The notes beneath the pieces were generated by a model that had not been told where the DNA came from, did no database searches, and saw nothing but the letters and a program-made list of their open reading frames with translations. From a virus (taxonomy: Duplodnaviria > Caudoviricetes): a stretch of 64,000 nucleotides of DNA. The stretch's first letter is position 1. The number at the start of each line of letters is the position of its first letter. Where the stretch lies: positions 96,001-160,000 of the IMG/VR virus record IMGVR_UViG_3300021256_000056; one strand, given 5' to 3'. The position numbers and the translations under genes were made by a program. Positions 45,999-54,109 of this stretch are shown one piece after another.

Positions 45999-48980
45999 TT
46001 AAACCCCGAATTCATAGCCTCTTTGAGGTACTGTTCTTCCTCCGTGGTTGAGACTATCCATGACTTTTGCAATAATACTTGGCGTTAACGCGTCGGCAAT
46101 CTGCGCTTGAAGTTGTTTAGAAAGTGTCTTGTCGACGCCTTCAGTTCCTTTAATATTGATATCATCGCCTCTGAAGTTGAAGTCTATGCTACCAAATTCA
46201 ATCCTTATGGGCTTTTCTGGTGCGGGTACTGATGGTGTAACATTTATTTTTGTATCTGGTCTTGGCACTATTGGGGTAATCGCTCCGTTCGCACTATTAT
46301 TAATAGCGTTAAATAAGGCTTTTTGCTGGCCCATGTTCAATACCATTTCACCCGCATTTGTCATCACTGGTATTCTATCACCAGTCCTAGAATTGCCCTC
46401 GACGATGCCACCGCCAGCTTTTTTCTGTGCTTTAACAACCTGTACCTTAACAACTTCATTCTTGAAGAAGGATTCTATTTCATTAACAGTTTCTGCGTCA
46501 CCGTTTTCCTTCATTTTGGCCATAAGCTTGCCACTTAAGAACTCGTTACCTTCTATTGCTGCATTGATTTTCTTAAGTTCGCTTAAACTATAATCACCAT
46601 TAAGATGAAGTCCCTTCTCCTGTATCTTTGATTTCTGATTTGCTTTATCGCGTGCCTTTGTTCCAAAGATGCCTGAGGCTAATCCCCCAATTCCGCCAAT
46701 CGCAGCACCAATTGCGGTTCCAATACCTGGTGCAATTGCGCTTCCAATGCTTGCACCCAGGGCACCCATACTGAGCGCTCGACTTCCTGCATGTCCCACA
46801 TAATCACCAGCACTACCTGTTTTCATTGCCCCACTAGCCAGGGCGGCATCCAATAATAGTTCTCCGCCTAATCCGACCCAGCCAGCAATGTTTGCACCTT
46901 TTGCAAATTTTCCTAGTTTTGCGGCGGCGTTTAACGGCTTTCCTTTTGAGAATACTCTTGCAGCATCTTTAGTGTATTTCGGTTTTACGCCAGGCCTAGA
47001 CTGATTAACGGCCTTCCAGGTATTATTCGATGTTTTTTCGGCAACATATTGTTCTCCCTTGTATTCGTAAAGCCCTCCTTTTACTATGTTTTTTGGCATG
47101 CCGCCTTTGGTGCCCTTTAGACCTCCACTGAAAATATTTCTTGCGCCAGGAAGTAAATGGCTTCCGCCCCTAACCATATTAAATGCTCCACCGACGGCTC
47201 CTGCCACTCCGCTAATTACTCTTCCCCCTGCTATGGCATAAAGAATCATCCTCATTTCGCCTACGGTATTAACAAGACTTTGTATTCCCTTGCCAATTCC
47301 CATAGATTCCACCATATTCGCGTGGGTGGCTTCCTTTTGTGCCTTAAAGCCTTGTATTGAGTCATCCCAACCCCTTAATCTCTGTGCGATGTCCTTTACA
47401 TCCTCACTTTCTGTCCTAGCAACCTCTCTAAGATATTTTACATCTGCGCTGGTGATGTTCTTTGCCGACTTAAATTTTCCATTGATAACTGCGCCAGCGG
47501 TTCCATTCTGAATTATACCAACATTTTTGAGTAACTCTGCAGTATCTTTATCAATATTGGTATTACCAGAAATTTGCCGTGCTATTTCGTTTCTCCTGGC
47601 ATTTGAGTTTATTGATTCAAAAAGATTATTGGCGTCAAGCCCCATAGATTGGGCGGCAGCTTTAATCCTTTGACGGTTAAATGATGATATCTCGACCTCT
47701 CCTGTTCTTCTATTGAAACTTCCCAAGTTTCCGAACATCTGTATCATTCGGTCCTGAAGTCCCTCCATATCATTCAACCCCTCATATAGCATTCCAAGAG
47801 GGTCTGCCATCTGAGCAAATGGCCCACCCAATACCTGTAATTGTGCACCAGTTGTAATAGCCCCTTCTACTGTACTCACCTTATCGGCAAATGCTGCGGC
47901 TTGAGACATGTTAAGGTTGATTTGAGAGGCTTTTTCTGCCATACTGGCAAGCCCCTGCAAACCATTCTTAAAAGTGTATCTTTGTGCTAATGAAATATTA
48001 TCAAGAAATGCCTTGGACAAATTTTCCCAGACTAATCCCTTCTTTGAGGCGCTAGCGAACATTTTACCAGCACGTTTTCCTGCTTCCTCCATTGAGAGGC
48101 CGAAATTCTCCAGCCTTCCCATGAACTGTCCAGTATTATCCCCTAGAATCTTGCTGGTGGCAGCCATGCTTTCCATACCAGCATTGGTTGCCATAACTTG
48201 TCGGCCTGTATTCTTAACGAAACTCTCCTGGAGTTTCATTAGTTGTTCAACACCAACGTTATATTTTATACCAAAACCACCCTTGTCAACAAGTGAAATT
48301 GACCTCTTTCTGAAGTCATCCATTGCTTTGCCAGACAAACCAATTTGTTTTGCATAATTGGCTGCTGCCTGGCTCATCTTGCCCCACGGGCCTAATGCTT
48401 TGGTAACAGATTCGCCTATTTGTTTGGCTCCTTCACCAATTTCTTTGAAACTTTGTTTTAGGAGCTTGAATCTATTTTCAGTATTTTTAGAAAAGCGGTC
48501 TAAAGAATTATAACCAGTTTTTTCAACTTCAATCTTTTTCTTGGTAAGATTGGTAAGCTCTTCTTCATACTTCTTTTCTAATTGTTTGTCTTTAAGTAAT
48601 AACTTTTGAGTTTTGAGTTGGTCCGACCTGGCCCCGTCAATTTCTTTTGATATTTTTCTTCTTTCAGATTGAATTTTTTTTAATTTTTCTTCTGAATCTC
48701 TTATATCATCTAAAATATCTTTTTCCTTGGTCCCATATTTTATCAATAACTCCCTCTCTCTCTTGGTATCCTTAATTGCATCATTAATAGAATCTATAGA
48801 ATCTTTTATGCCTTCAACTTTTTTCTTTAATTCAGCAGCTTTTTTAACTTCATCAGCAGTTTTCCTTGAGGCGGCACTAGTATTCTCCCTGATATCTCTC
48901 ATAATACCAGTAATCGACTCTAAGACTTGTTTTAAGTCTTGAGAGTTTTGGAGTGTTGTGCCTGTTGTATTATTACCCAT
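45999..48980 (-). CDS. Tail tape measure protein (993 aa)
   Basis: Helical Ala/Gly/Lys-rich sequence, glycine zipper GALGASIGSAIAPGIGTAIGAAIGG, C-terminal AGGGIV..GDRIPV..NAGEMVLN; follows the chaperone pair. Confidence 0.85.
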   Translation of the reverse strand: MGNNTTGTTLQNSQDLKQVLESITGIMRDIRENTSAASRKTADEVKKAAELKKKVEGIKDSIDSINDAIKDTKRERELLIKYGTKEKDILDDIRDSEEKLKKIQSERRKISKEIDGARSDQLKTQKLLLKDKQLEKKYEEELTNLTKKKIEVEKTGYNSLDRFSKNTENRFKLLKQSFKEIGEGAKQIGESVTKALGPWGKMSQAAANYAKQIGLSGKAMDDFRKRSISLVDKGGFGIKYNVGVEQLMKLQESFVKNTGRQVMATNAGMESMAATSKILGDNTGQFMGRLENFGLSMEEAGKRAGKMFASASKKGLVWENLSKAFLDNISLAQRYTFKNGLQGLASMAEKASQINLNMSQAAAFADKVSTVEGAITTGAQLQVLGGPFAQMADPLGMLYEGLNDMEGLQDRMIQMFGNLGSFNRRTGEVEISSFNRQRIKAAAQSMGLDANNLFESINSNARRNEIARQISGNTNIDKDTAELLKNVGIIQNGTAGAVINGKFKSAKNITSADVKYLREVARTESEDVKDIAQRLRGWDDSIQGFKAQKEATHANMVESMGIGKGIQSLVNTVGEMRMILYAIAGGRVISGVAGAVGGAFNMVRGGSHLLPGARNIFSGGLKGTKGGMPKNIVKGGLYEYKGEQYVAEKTSNNTWKAVNQSRPGVKPKYTKDAARVFSKGKPLNAAAKLGKFAKGANIAGWVGLGGELLLDAALASGAMKTGSAGDYVGHAGSRALSMGALGASIGSAIAPGIGTAIGAAIGGIGGLASGIFGTKARDKANQKSKIQEKGLHLNGDYSLSELKKINAAIEGNEFLSGKLMAKMKENGDAETVNEIESFFKNEVVKVQVVKAQKKAGGGIVEGNSRTGDRIPVMTNAGEMVLNMGQQKALFNAINNSANGAITPIVPRPDTKINVTPSVPAPEKPIRIEFGSIDFNFRGDDINIKGTEGVDKTLSKQLQAQIADALTPSIIAKVMDSLNHGGRTVPQRGYEFGV

Positions 48981-49004
48981 AAAAACTTTCTAATATATTT
49001 TCTA

Positions 49005-49012
49005 ATAAATAG
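49005..49012 (-). promoter_or_regulatory. Putative late promoter CTATTTAT (tape measure)
   Basis: About 24 nt upstream of the tape measure ATG. Confidence 0.6.
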
Positions 49013-49035
49013 GTTATTGTGATTTTTCTTAAAAG

Positions 49036-49064
49036 AAAAAACCCACTTCAAAAGAAATGGGTTT
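49036..49064 (-). terminator. Intrinsic terminator after the chaperone pair
   Basis: AAACCCACTTC / GAAATGGGTTT imperfect hairpin plus U-tract. Confidence 0.6.
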
Positions 49065-49068
49065 ATTT

Positions 49069-49371
49069 TTAAAGATTTTGTCTTTTTTGTTGCTCCATTT
49101 TCGCATAGGCATTGAGAGCCACACCATTAACAGTACTTGAATTTCCTCCGTTAGCCTTGTTTTCATTCTTCTTTCTTTCAGCTTCGGCTCCCTCCTGTTC
49201 CATATTATGTTTCATAATAATGAACTTTCTTTGCTGTATTGGCATTTGCCAAAGTGTTTCATAAGGAAGTCCAATATATCTGAAACAGCCCCAGAGTTCT
49301 TCTTGTAGTGCTGCCTCGTAATTATCAGGCAATGTTGAGAAAAATAAATTGGTCAGTCTGAAGAAACACAC
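49069..49371 (-). CDS. Tail assembly chaperone extension (gpT-like; probably reached by frameshift)
   Basis: Overlaps the upstream ORF by 47 nt in the +1 frame; ELWGCFRYIGLPYETLWQMPIQQRKF resembles gpGT C-terminal domains; directly before the tape measure gene. Confidence 0.65.
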   Translation of the reverse strand: MCFFRLTNLFFSTLPDNYEAALQEELWGCFRYIGLPYETLWQMPIQQRKFIIMKHNMEQEGAEAERKKNENKANGGNSSTVNGVALNAYAKMEQQKRQNL

Positions 49372-50644
49372 TCATAGAGCCACCTCCGAGACTCTCGGGT
49401 TTCTCAATTGTTAGATTATAATCAAGTCCTGGCTCATTTTCGTTAATATATTTTCTAAGTGCTGATGAATCTTTGACATTCATTTTTCTTACATAATCCC
49501 TAATATAACCTCTATCGGTTACACCATTTACGGACATGATAGACATTTCGAGTCTATTGGTAACAGAATGAGTATAAAGAAGCTCTTCTTCATCGATGCT
49601 GTCAGACCAATTTTCAAGCGTCCTTACAGCCTCTCTTGCTTTAGCCTTTGCTGCGCGGTCGAGTGTCTTATCACTTTCTATAAATTCATCAATTTCCCCA
49701 GCGAAATATGAAAGTCTTGCCTTCTTAAGAACTTCATTTTCCATTTCTTCAAATTTCTGCAAATCAAGATTGTTTTGATGGCTGAGGAATCTAAACTTAA
49801 TTTGGTCTTTTGAGAGTGGTAGTTCATAATCAAAGTATCCATTTGCGTCACCTTTGAGATTAAAGGGCTTAAACTGAATTTGAGAAAGGTCTACTGTTGT
49901 GTCAAATTGCTCACCCGTAACATCGTCCGTTGCAGTAATTGGATATTCATTGCCATAGCCACTTGCCCTTAAGAAAAGAATAATTGCGTCCCTATCGCCT
50001 TCGAGGAGGTCTCCTGTTGCAACTTCATCACTCATAACCTTCTGCTCAAGAATAGTGTCGATAATGAGGTTGTCTCTATAAAGGTTTGGAGCGATAATCA
50101 TATTTTCATCGTATGCTGTTAAATATGAGACGGGAACTTTGCTAGTTTTGGTTTTATAACATTCTCCCTTTGAGGGAAGTGGAATCATATCAAAACTTTC
50201 GTGGTTCTCGAAACTATTTTTCTTTGGTATAAAACTTAAATCCCTATTAAATGTTTCTTCGGCCTTAAAAACATTCTTCTCTTCTTTTTTTGGTGATGGA
50301 GCATTATTTACGCTTTCACTAATTGAAGCTGCAATAGAGTCGGTAATGTTTGACTTCGTTTTTCTAACCCTCTTCTTTTTCTTTAACTCTTCTGGGTCCC
50401 CACCACGAGCTATATAGTCATCGTATATATCTTCCTGGCTCCTCTTGAGGAGGTCTACCTGTTCCTGGATTTTATCATCAGGAAAAATGCGATTGCCATC
50501 CTTATCAATCTTTTCTTTCATGTTTTTGACCGTTTCGGCAATAGTTTTTTCATACATTTCATATGATGCCCTGTCAATTGCGAGCATTTTTTCGTTTTCA
50601 GCATTTTGATTCTGATTAACGGCTTTTTCTTCTATATTATCCAT
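49325..50644 (-). CDS. Tail/baseplate assembly chaperone (T4 gp26-like)
   Basis: IPLPSKGECY..V.YLTAYDENMI..DLLEGDRDAIILFLRASGYGNEY..VDLS..LPLSK..IKFRFL..DSSALRKYI..EPGLD. Confidence 0.75.
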   Translation of the reverse strand: MDNIEEKAVNQNQNAENEKMLAIDRASYEMYEKTIAETVKNMKEKIDKDGNRIFPDDKIQEQVDLLKRSQEDIYDDYIARGGDPEELKKKKRVRKTKSNITDSIAASISESVNNAPSPKKEEKNVFKAEETFNRDLSFIPKKNSFENHESFDMIPLPSKGECYKTKTSKVPVSYLTAYDENMIIAPNLYRDNLIIDTILEQKVMSDEVATGDLLEGDRDAIILFLRASGYGNEYPITATDDVTGEQFDTTVDLSQIQFKPFNLKGDANGYFDYELPLSKDQIKFRFLSHQNNLDLQKFEEMENEVLKKARLSYFAGEIDEFIESDKTLDRAAKAKAREAVRTLENWSDSIDEEELLYTHSVTNRLEMSIMSVNGVTDRGYIRDYVRKMNVKDSSALRKYINENEPGLDYNLTIEKPESLGGGSMSVFLQTDQFIFLNIA

Positions 50645-50696
50645 ATTATAACGTTTTTTCTTAATAATTCATGTTTATTAGGCTTTTTCTTAATAA

Positions 50697-51218
50697 TTAA
50701 TGCCTTTGCTTTTTTTTCTGCTCTTTTTCGTATTTTTCTCGATATTCAGTAAGTTTTTCGGTTAATACCTTTCTTACGTAATTCGGGTTATTGTTTATGT
50801 CGTGTTCCCAAATTCGTATAACGGGGATTCCGTGTGCCGCGGCCCATAAATCTTTTTCTTTATCTACCCACTCTGTATGCTTCTGCATTTTATTCTTTTC
50901 CTCATGAATAAGACCGTGTCCATGAAAATAATCACCATCCACTTCAATAATAACATTATCTTGAGGGAGATAAAAATCAAAATATCGCCCAATCTCCACT
51001 GCTTTAAACTGATAGACATATTTCACCCCCATCCTGTCTAAAAAATCTTTAGCAAAGCGTTGTTCTAACTTTGAAGTGCCATATTCTGGATGCGGCCTTT
51101 TACTTCTTGGTAAAGGACTTTTCTTAGGGGGCTTGGGTAGCCTTGGGTCTTTTGGTTTAACCGATTTTACCTTAGTATGTTTTATTTTGGGCATTCCTCT
51201 TTTAATCGGTTGTGTCAT
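50697..51218 (-). CDS. Vsr/DUF559-like PD-(D/E)xK endonuclease
   Basis: TSKLE...FDFYLP..IIEVDGDYFHG...D.EKD..A..HGIPVIRIWE; basic Pro/Lys N-terminus. Confidence 0.85.
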   Translation of the reverse strand: MTQPIKRGMPKIKHTKVKSVKPKDPRLPKPPKKSPLPRSKRPHPEYGTSKLEQRFAKDFLDRMGVKYVYQFKAVEIGRYFDFYLPQDNVIIEVDGDYFHGHGLIHEEKNKMQKHTEWVDKEKDLWAAAHGIPVIRIWEHDINNNPNYVRKVLTEKLTEYREKYEKEQKKKQRH

Positions 51219-51540
51219 TCTCGTATGTCTTTTTGAAAAAATAATTGTCTTTCATTGCGTCAAAAATACCCTCAATTTTCTCGCAATTGTCTTTAAATTT
51301 TATTACATCTTCTGAATCCAATTCAAACCACTCTCCTTTAACTCTTTTTCCCGCATACCATTGATGCAACATATTTTCCATTAAAAATGGATGCTTTGTC
51401 TCAAACTTATTCACTAAATATATTTCACCTGAGTTACCAGTCTGGAGTTTCTTAATTCTCTTCTCTACACTTCCTCTTGTAACCCCAATTTTATAGTAAC
51501 CCTCTTTTTCCCAATCTCCTAATATATACACATAGCCCAT
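51202..51540 (-). CDS. GIY-YIG nuclease (T5orf172/MUG113-like)
   Basis: GYVYIL..YKIGVT..VEKRIKKLQTGN..E.MLH..RVKGEWF. Confidence 0.9.
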   Translation of the reverse strand: MGYVYILGDWEKEGYYKIGVTRGSVEKRIKKLQTGNSGEIYLVNKFETKHPFLMENMLHQWYAGKRVKGEWFELDSEDVIKFKDNCEKIEGIFDAMKDNYFFKKTYENDTTD

Positions 51541-51559
51541 ATGATACTCTTTTACATAG

Positions 51560-51590
51560 AAAAAATATGTCTTTCTCTTTATTAGTCAAG
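51560..51590 (-). promoter_or_regulatory. Variant Bacteroidota promoter (CTTG-N19-TATTTTTT)
   Basis: Upstream of the GIY-YIG gene; last G of the -7 element is missing. Confidence 0.45.
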
Positions 51591-51608
51591 AAAAAACGTT
51601 TTTTCAGA

Positions 51609-51616
51609 CTATTTAT
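51609..51616 (+). promoter_or_regulatory. Putative late promoter CTATTTAT
   Basis: About 31 nt upstream of 51648; orientation follows the plus-strand gene. Confidence 0.6.
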
Positions 51617-51647
51617 GTAAAAATCATAGGACATAATTTTTAATATT

Positions 51648-52142
51648 ATGAAAACAACGAAACAAAATATCAATGAAATAAAAAGAATCGCTAAATCTAT
51701 GCCTAAATCCATAAACGAGGCTGTTTATGAAGAATTTAGTGATGCAAATAGTGATTTGCAACCAGAAGATGATATGAGGAAAAAGATGGCAGTTCCTGCC
51801 GCTCAGGGTCCTGTTGTTGACGGTCCACAGGGTGAAGATGAACCTTCTGCACCTGCAGTAGATAATGGCGCTGTTGAAGCCCCTGTTACTGATGCTGGGG
51901 CTGCTGATATGGGTGCCGCCGCTGATATGGGGGAGGAAAAAGAAGGAGAAGATTCTTTAAACGTTGAGCAATTTGTTGATGATATCCGTAAGAAATCACT
52001 TAGGGGAATGGCACAACTTGCCGAAAACCCTGATGATGAAAGATATCAGCTTTTGAAAAAGATATGGCAGATTTGTGATAAAAAGCCTGAACAGCAAACT
52101 GCATTTAGTAATCCCAATCAAGTTCCTCAAAAGAAAATATAA
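51648..52142 (+). CDS. Acidic low-complexity protein (164 aa), possibly head-associated
   Basis: CTATTTAT about 30 nt upstream; two INE motifs in the N-terminus; Ala/Pro/Asp-rich middle; helical C-terminus. Confidence 0.7.
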   Translation: MKTTKQNINEIKRIAKSMPKSINEAVYEEFSDANSDLQPEDDMRKKMAVPAAQGPVVDGPQGEDEPSAPAVDNGAVEAPVTDAGAADMGAAADMGEEKEGEDSLNVEQFVDDIRKKSLRGMAQLAENPDDERYQLLKKIWQICDKKPEQQTAFSNPNQVPQKKI

Positions 52143-52157
52143 AAAACATTTTACCTA

Positions 52158-52165
52158 CTATTTAT
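52158..52165 (+). promoter_or_regulatory. Putative late promoter CTATTTAT (tail tube)
   Basis: About 41 nt upstream of the tube ATG. Confidence 0.6.
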
Positions 52166-52206
52166 AAACAAATCAAAGAATAAACAAAAGAAAACATATA
52201 TTAGTC

Positions 52207-52695
52207 ATGTCAGATATTCTTTTAAAAATGCCATTGGTTTACGAGCCATTGAAGAAGAATAGATTTGTCCTCCGCTTCCCTGCAGACCTTGGTATACAGG
52301 AGTGGACGTTGGTTTCTGCAAAGAGGCCTTCAATAAACCAGAATGCGGTTGAGATTCAGTTTTTAAATACATCTACCTGGGTTCTTGGTCGTTATGTTTG
52401 GGAAGATATCACAGTAACTTTCCGTGACCCTATTGGACCTTCAACTTCACAGGCCGCAATGGAGTGGATTAGGCTTGGTTCTGAATCACTTACTGGACGT
52501 CAGGGCTATGCTGCTGGCTACAAGCGCGATATTGAACTTGACATGCTCGACCCAAACGGCGTAGTTGCTCAACGTTGGATATTAAAGAACGCATTTGTAA
52601 CAGTAGCAGACTTTGGAGAACTTTCTATGAGTGATGATAGCCTCGCCGAGGTAACTGTTACGCTTAAGATGGACTATGCAATTCTTGCTTACTAA
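52207..52695 (+). CDS. Tail tube protein (T4 gp19-like)
   Basis: YEPLKKNRFVLRF..RPSI..WEDITVTFRDPI..MEW..GYAAGYKRDI..LDPNG..W.L.NAF..DFGELS..VTLKMDYA. Confidence 0.9.
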   Translation: MSDILLKMPLVYEPLKKNRFVLRFPADLGIQEWTLVSAKRPSINQNAVEIQFLNTSTWVLGRYVWEDITVTFRDPIGPSTSQAAMEWIRLGSESLTGRQGYAAGYKRDIELDMLDPNGVVAQRWILKNAFVTVADFGELSMSDDSLAEVTVTLKMDYAILAY

Positions 52696-52720
52696 TTGAT
52701 TGTAATCATTTATATTATAA

Positions 52721-52752
52721 AAGAGCAGCCTTCCAGGTTGTTCTTTTTTTTT
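52721..52752 (+). terminator. Intrinsic terminator after the tail tube gene
   Basis: AAGAGCAGCC-TTCCA-GGTTGTTCTT (with G-U pairs) plus a long T-tract. Confidence 0.7.
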
Positions 52753-52799
52753 ATTAAATATGTTCGGAATTATCCCTGTGTATTGCAAAGATTGATAGC

Positions 52800-53900
52800 T
52801 TACTTGAACAGGTCTTCCACATCACCAAATTCACCGTTGTTTTCAAAAGGGGATTTTAATTGTTTTGTGGAGAATACTATATATGTTTCACTCATACTGG
52901 CCTCTCCATAGAAGCCCTCCCTGATATTATGAAAAACAACACCATCATAACCAAGTTCCTGAGCTAAACAAGCTATTGATTCATTATCTAATGAAAACCA
53001 GCTACCACGCGCATATCTATTGCGGTTTAAGCCGTGCTCACAATATTTGTCAAACAAATCATTATATGCGTTACAGTTCTGCGGGGTTATTGATATATCA
53101 TTCCATGGTCTACCTTCACAATCAATGTGCAATGGATTTAAAACCCTTGCACATAACGGATAAGTACCGCCATGTCCGAGGTATCCGTCTTCTTCAAACA
53201 TTTTAGCAGTAAGTTCATCCCTTATCTGTTTTGTCGTTGGAAACACCCTTCTAATCCACGCATCCAAAAATCTTCTGTCATTTGGGCTATCATCGCATGA
53301 TGGTGTAAGTATTGGCATACCATTGCGCCCACCAACATAACATAAACGGCCAACATTTTTATTATAATACTTTTCAAAAACCCCCTTGCATATAACGAGC
53401 CATTTACGCGAGTTTTCAATATTCAAACCATATTTTCTATAACTCTCGATTTTTTCTGGTTCGTATGTTTTTTTTAATTCATCATCATATTCGAGTTTAA
53501 TTGTCTCAAACGCATCATCATCAATTAAATAAACTTTATTGGAATCATCACCATGAGTAAAATACTTGTTATACAAATCCAATACATCTTCGTCAGATAA
53601 TTTGTTAAGAGTCTCTTTATTTATGAACATGCGCATATTGCCGCCGCTGAAAAAACTAGCGTCGTTAATACTTGAAAGATGTATAAACGGTGTGTTGAAC
53701 CTGTTAAAACCGAAAGTCCTCGTAGCATGGCCCAATAATAGTGGCCTGCCATTCTTGTCAACCATCTTCGAACCCGCGAACCAACGCTTGAAGTTGTCAC
53801 TCATATATATGTTATCAAGATAATTTTCCCTTAGTATTATCTTTACACATGAGGAAACCATCTCAAATAAATCACTCTCATTTAACATTACTCTATTCAT
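52800..53900 (-). CDS. ART-PolyVal-like ADP-ribosyltransferase with N-terminal LxESDL...ILxE leader
   Basis: NFKRWFAGSKMVDKNGRPLLLGHAT..F..F; YPL.ARVLNPL.ID; ELGYDGVVF; YIVFSTKQLKSPFENNGEF are hallmark ART-PolyVal segments. Confidence 0.75.
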   Translation of the reverse strand: MNRVMLNESDLFEMVSSCVKIILRENYLDNIYMSDNFKRWFAGSKMVDKNGRPLLLGHATRTFGFNRFNTPFIHLSSINDASFFSGGNMRMFINKETLNKLSDEDVLDLYNKYFTHGDDSNKVYLIDDDAFETIKLEYDDELKKTYEPEKIESYRKYGLNIENSRKWLVICKGVFEKYYNKNVGRLCYVGGRNGMPILTPSCDDSPNDRRFLDAWIRRVFPTTKQIRDELTAKMFEEDGYLGHGGTYPLCARVLNPLHIDCEGRPWNDISITPQNCNAYNDLFDKYCEHGLNRNRYARGSWFSLDNESIACLAQELGYDGVVFHNIREGFYGEASMSETYIVFSTKQLKSPFENNGEFGDVEDLFK

Positions 53901-53918
53901 AAAAACAGGCCGTTTTTA

Positions 53919-53926
53919 ATAAATAG
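53919..53926 (-). promoter_or_regulatory. Putative late promoter CTATTTAT (ART gene)
   Basis: 18 nt upstream of ATG 53900. Confidence 0.6.
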
Positions 53927-53934
53927 TTATATAA

Positions 53935-54054
53935 TCAGTAAGGTACTGATAATTTCACAAGACTTGCGAATCCGTCCTCAACCTTGCGGTGATTCATACG
54001 GAAGCAGAATTCATCCATATGGGTTTACATATGCTTTACCGACATATGTTTATA
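53935..54054 (-). pseudogene. IS1595-family (ISXO2-like DDE) transposase C-terminal relic
   Basis: Manual translation YKHMSVKHM*THMDEFCFRMNHRKVEDGFASLVKLSVPY* matches the IS1595 C-terminal pattern YHxxSxKHLQxYxDEFCFRxNxR; in-frame TAA at the Gln position. Confidence 0.7.
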
Positions 54055-54055
54055 T

Positions 54056-54093
54056 AAAAAAAATAAGTAGAGTATTATACTCTACTTATTTTT
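54056..54093 (-). terminator. Intrinsic terminator after the sheath gene
   Basis: Perfect AAAAATAAGTAGAGTA-TTA-TACTCTACTTATTTTT hairpin. Confidence 0.8.
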
Positions 54094-54109
54094 CATTATG
54101 TTAGTATTT

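Noticed and set aside
50697-51540. GIY-YIG + Vsr-like nuclease pair as a new defence or anti-defence system
   Set aside because: Both are common free-standing phage nuclease families; overlap alone does not show a functional partnership.
53935-54054. Structured ncRNA between the ART and sheath genes
   Set aside because: Better explained as an IS1595 transposase fragment, given its translated motif.
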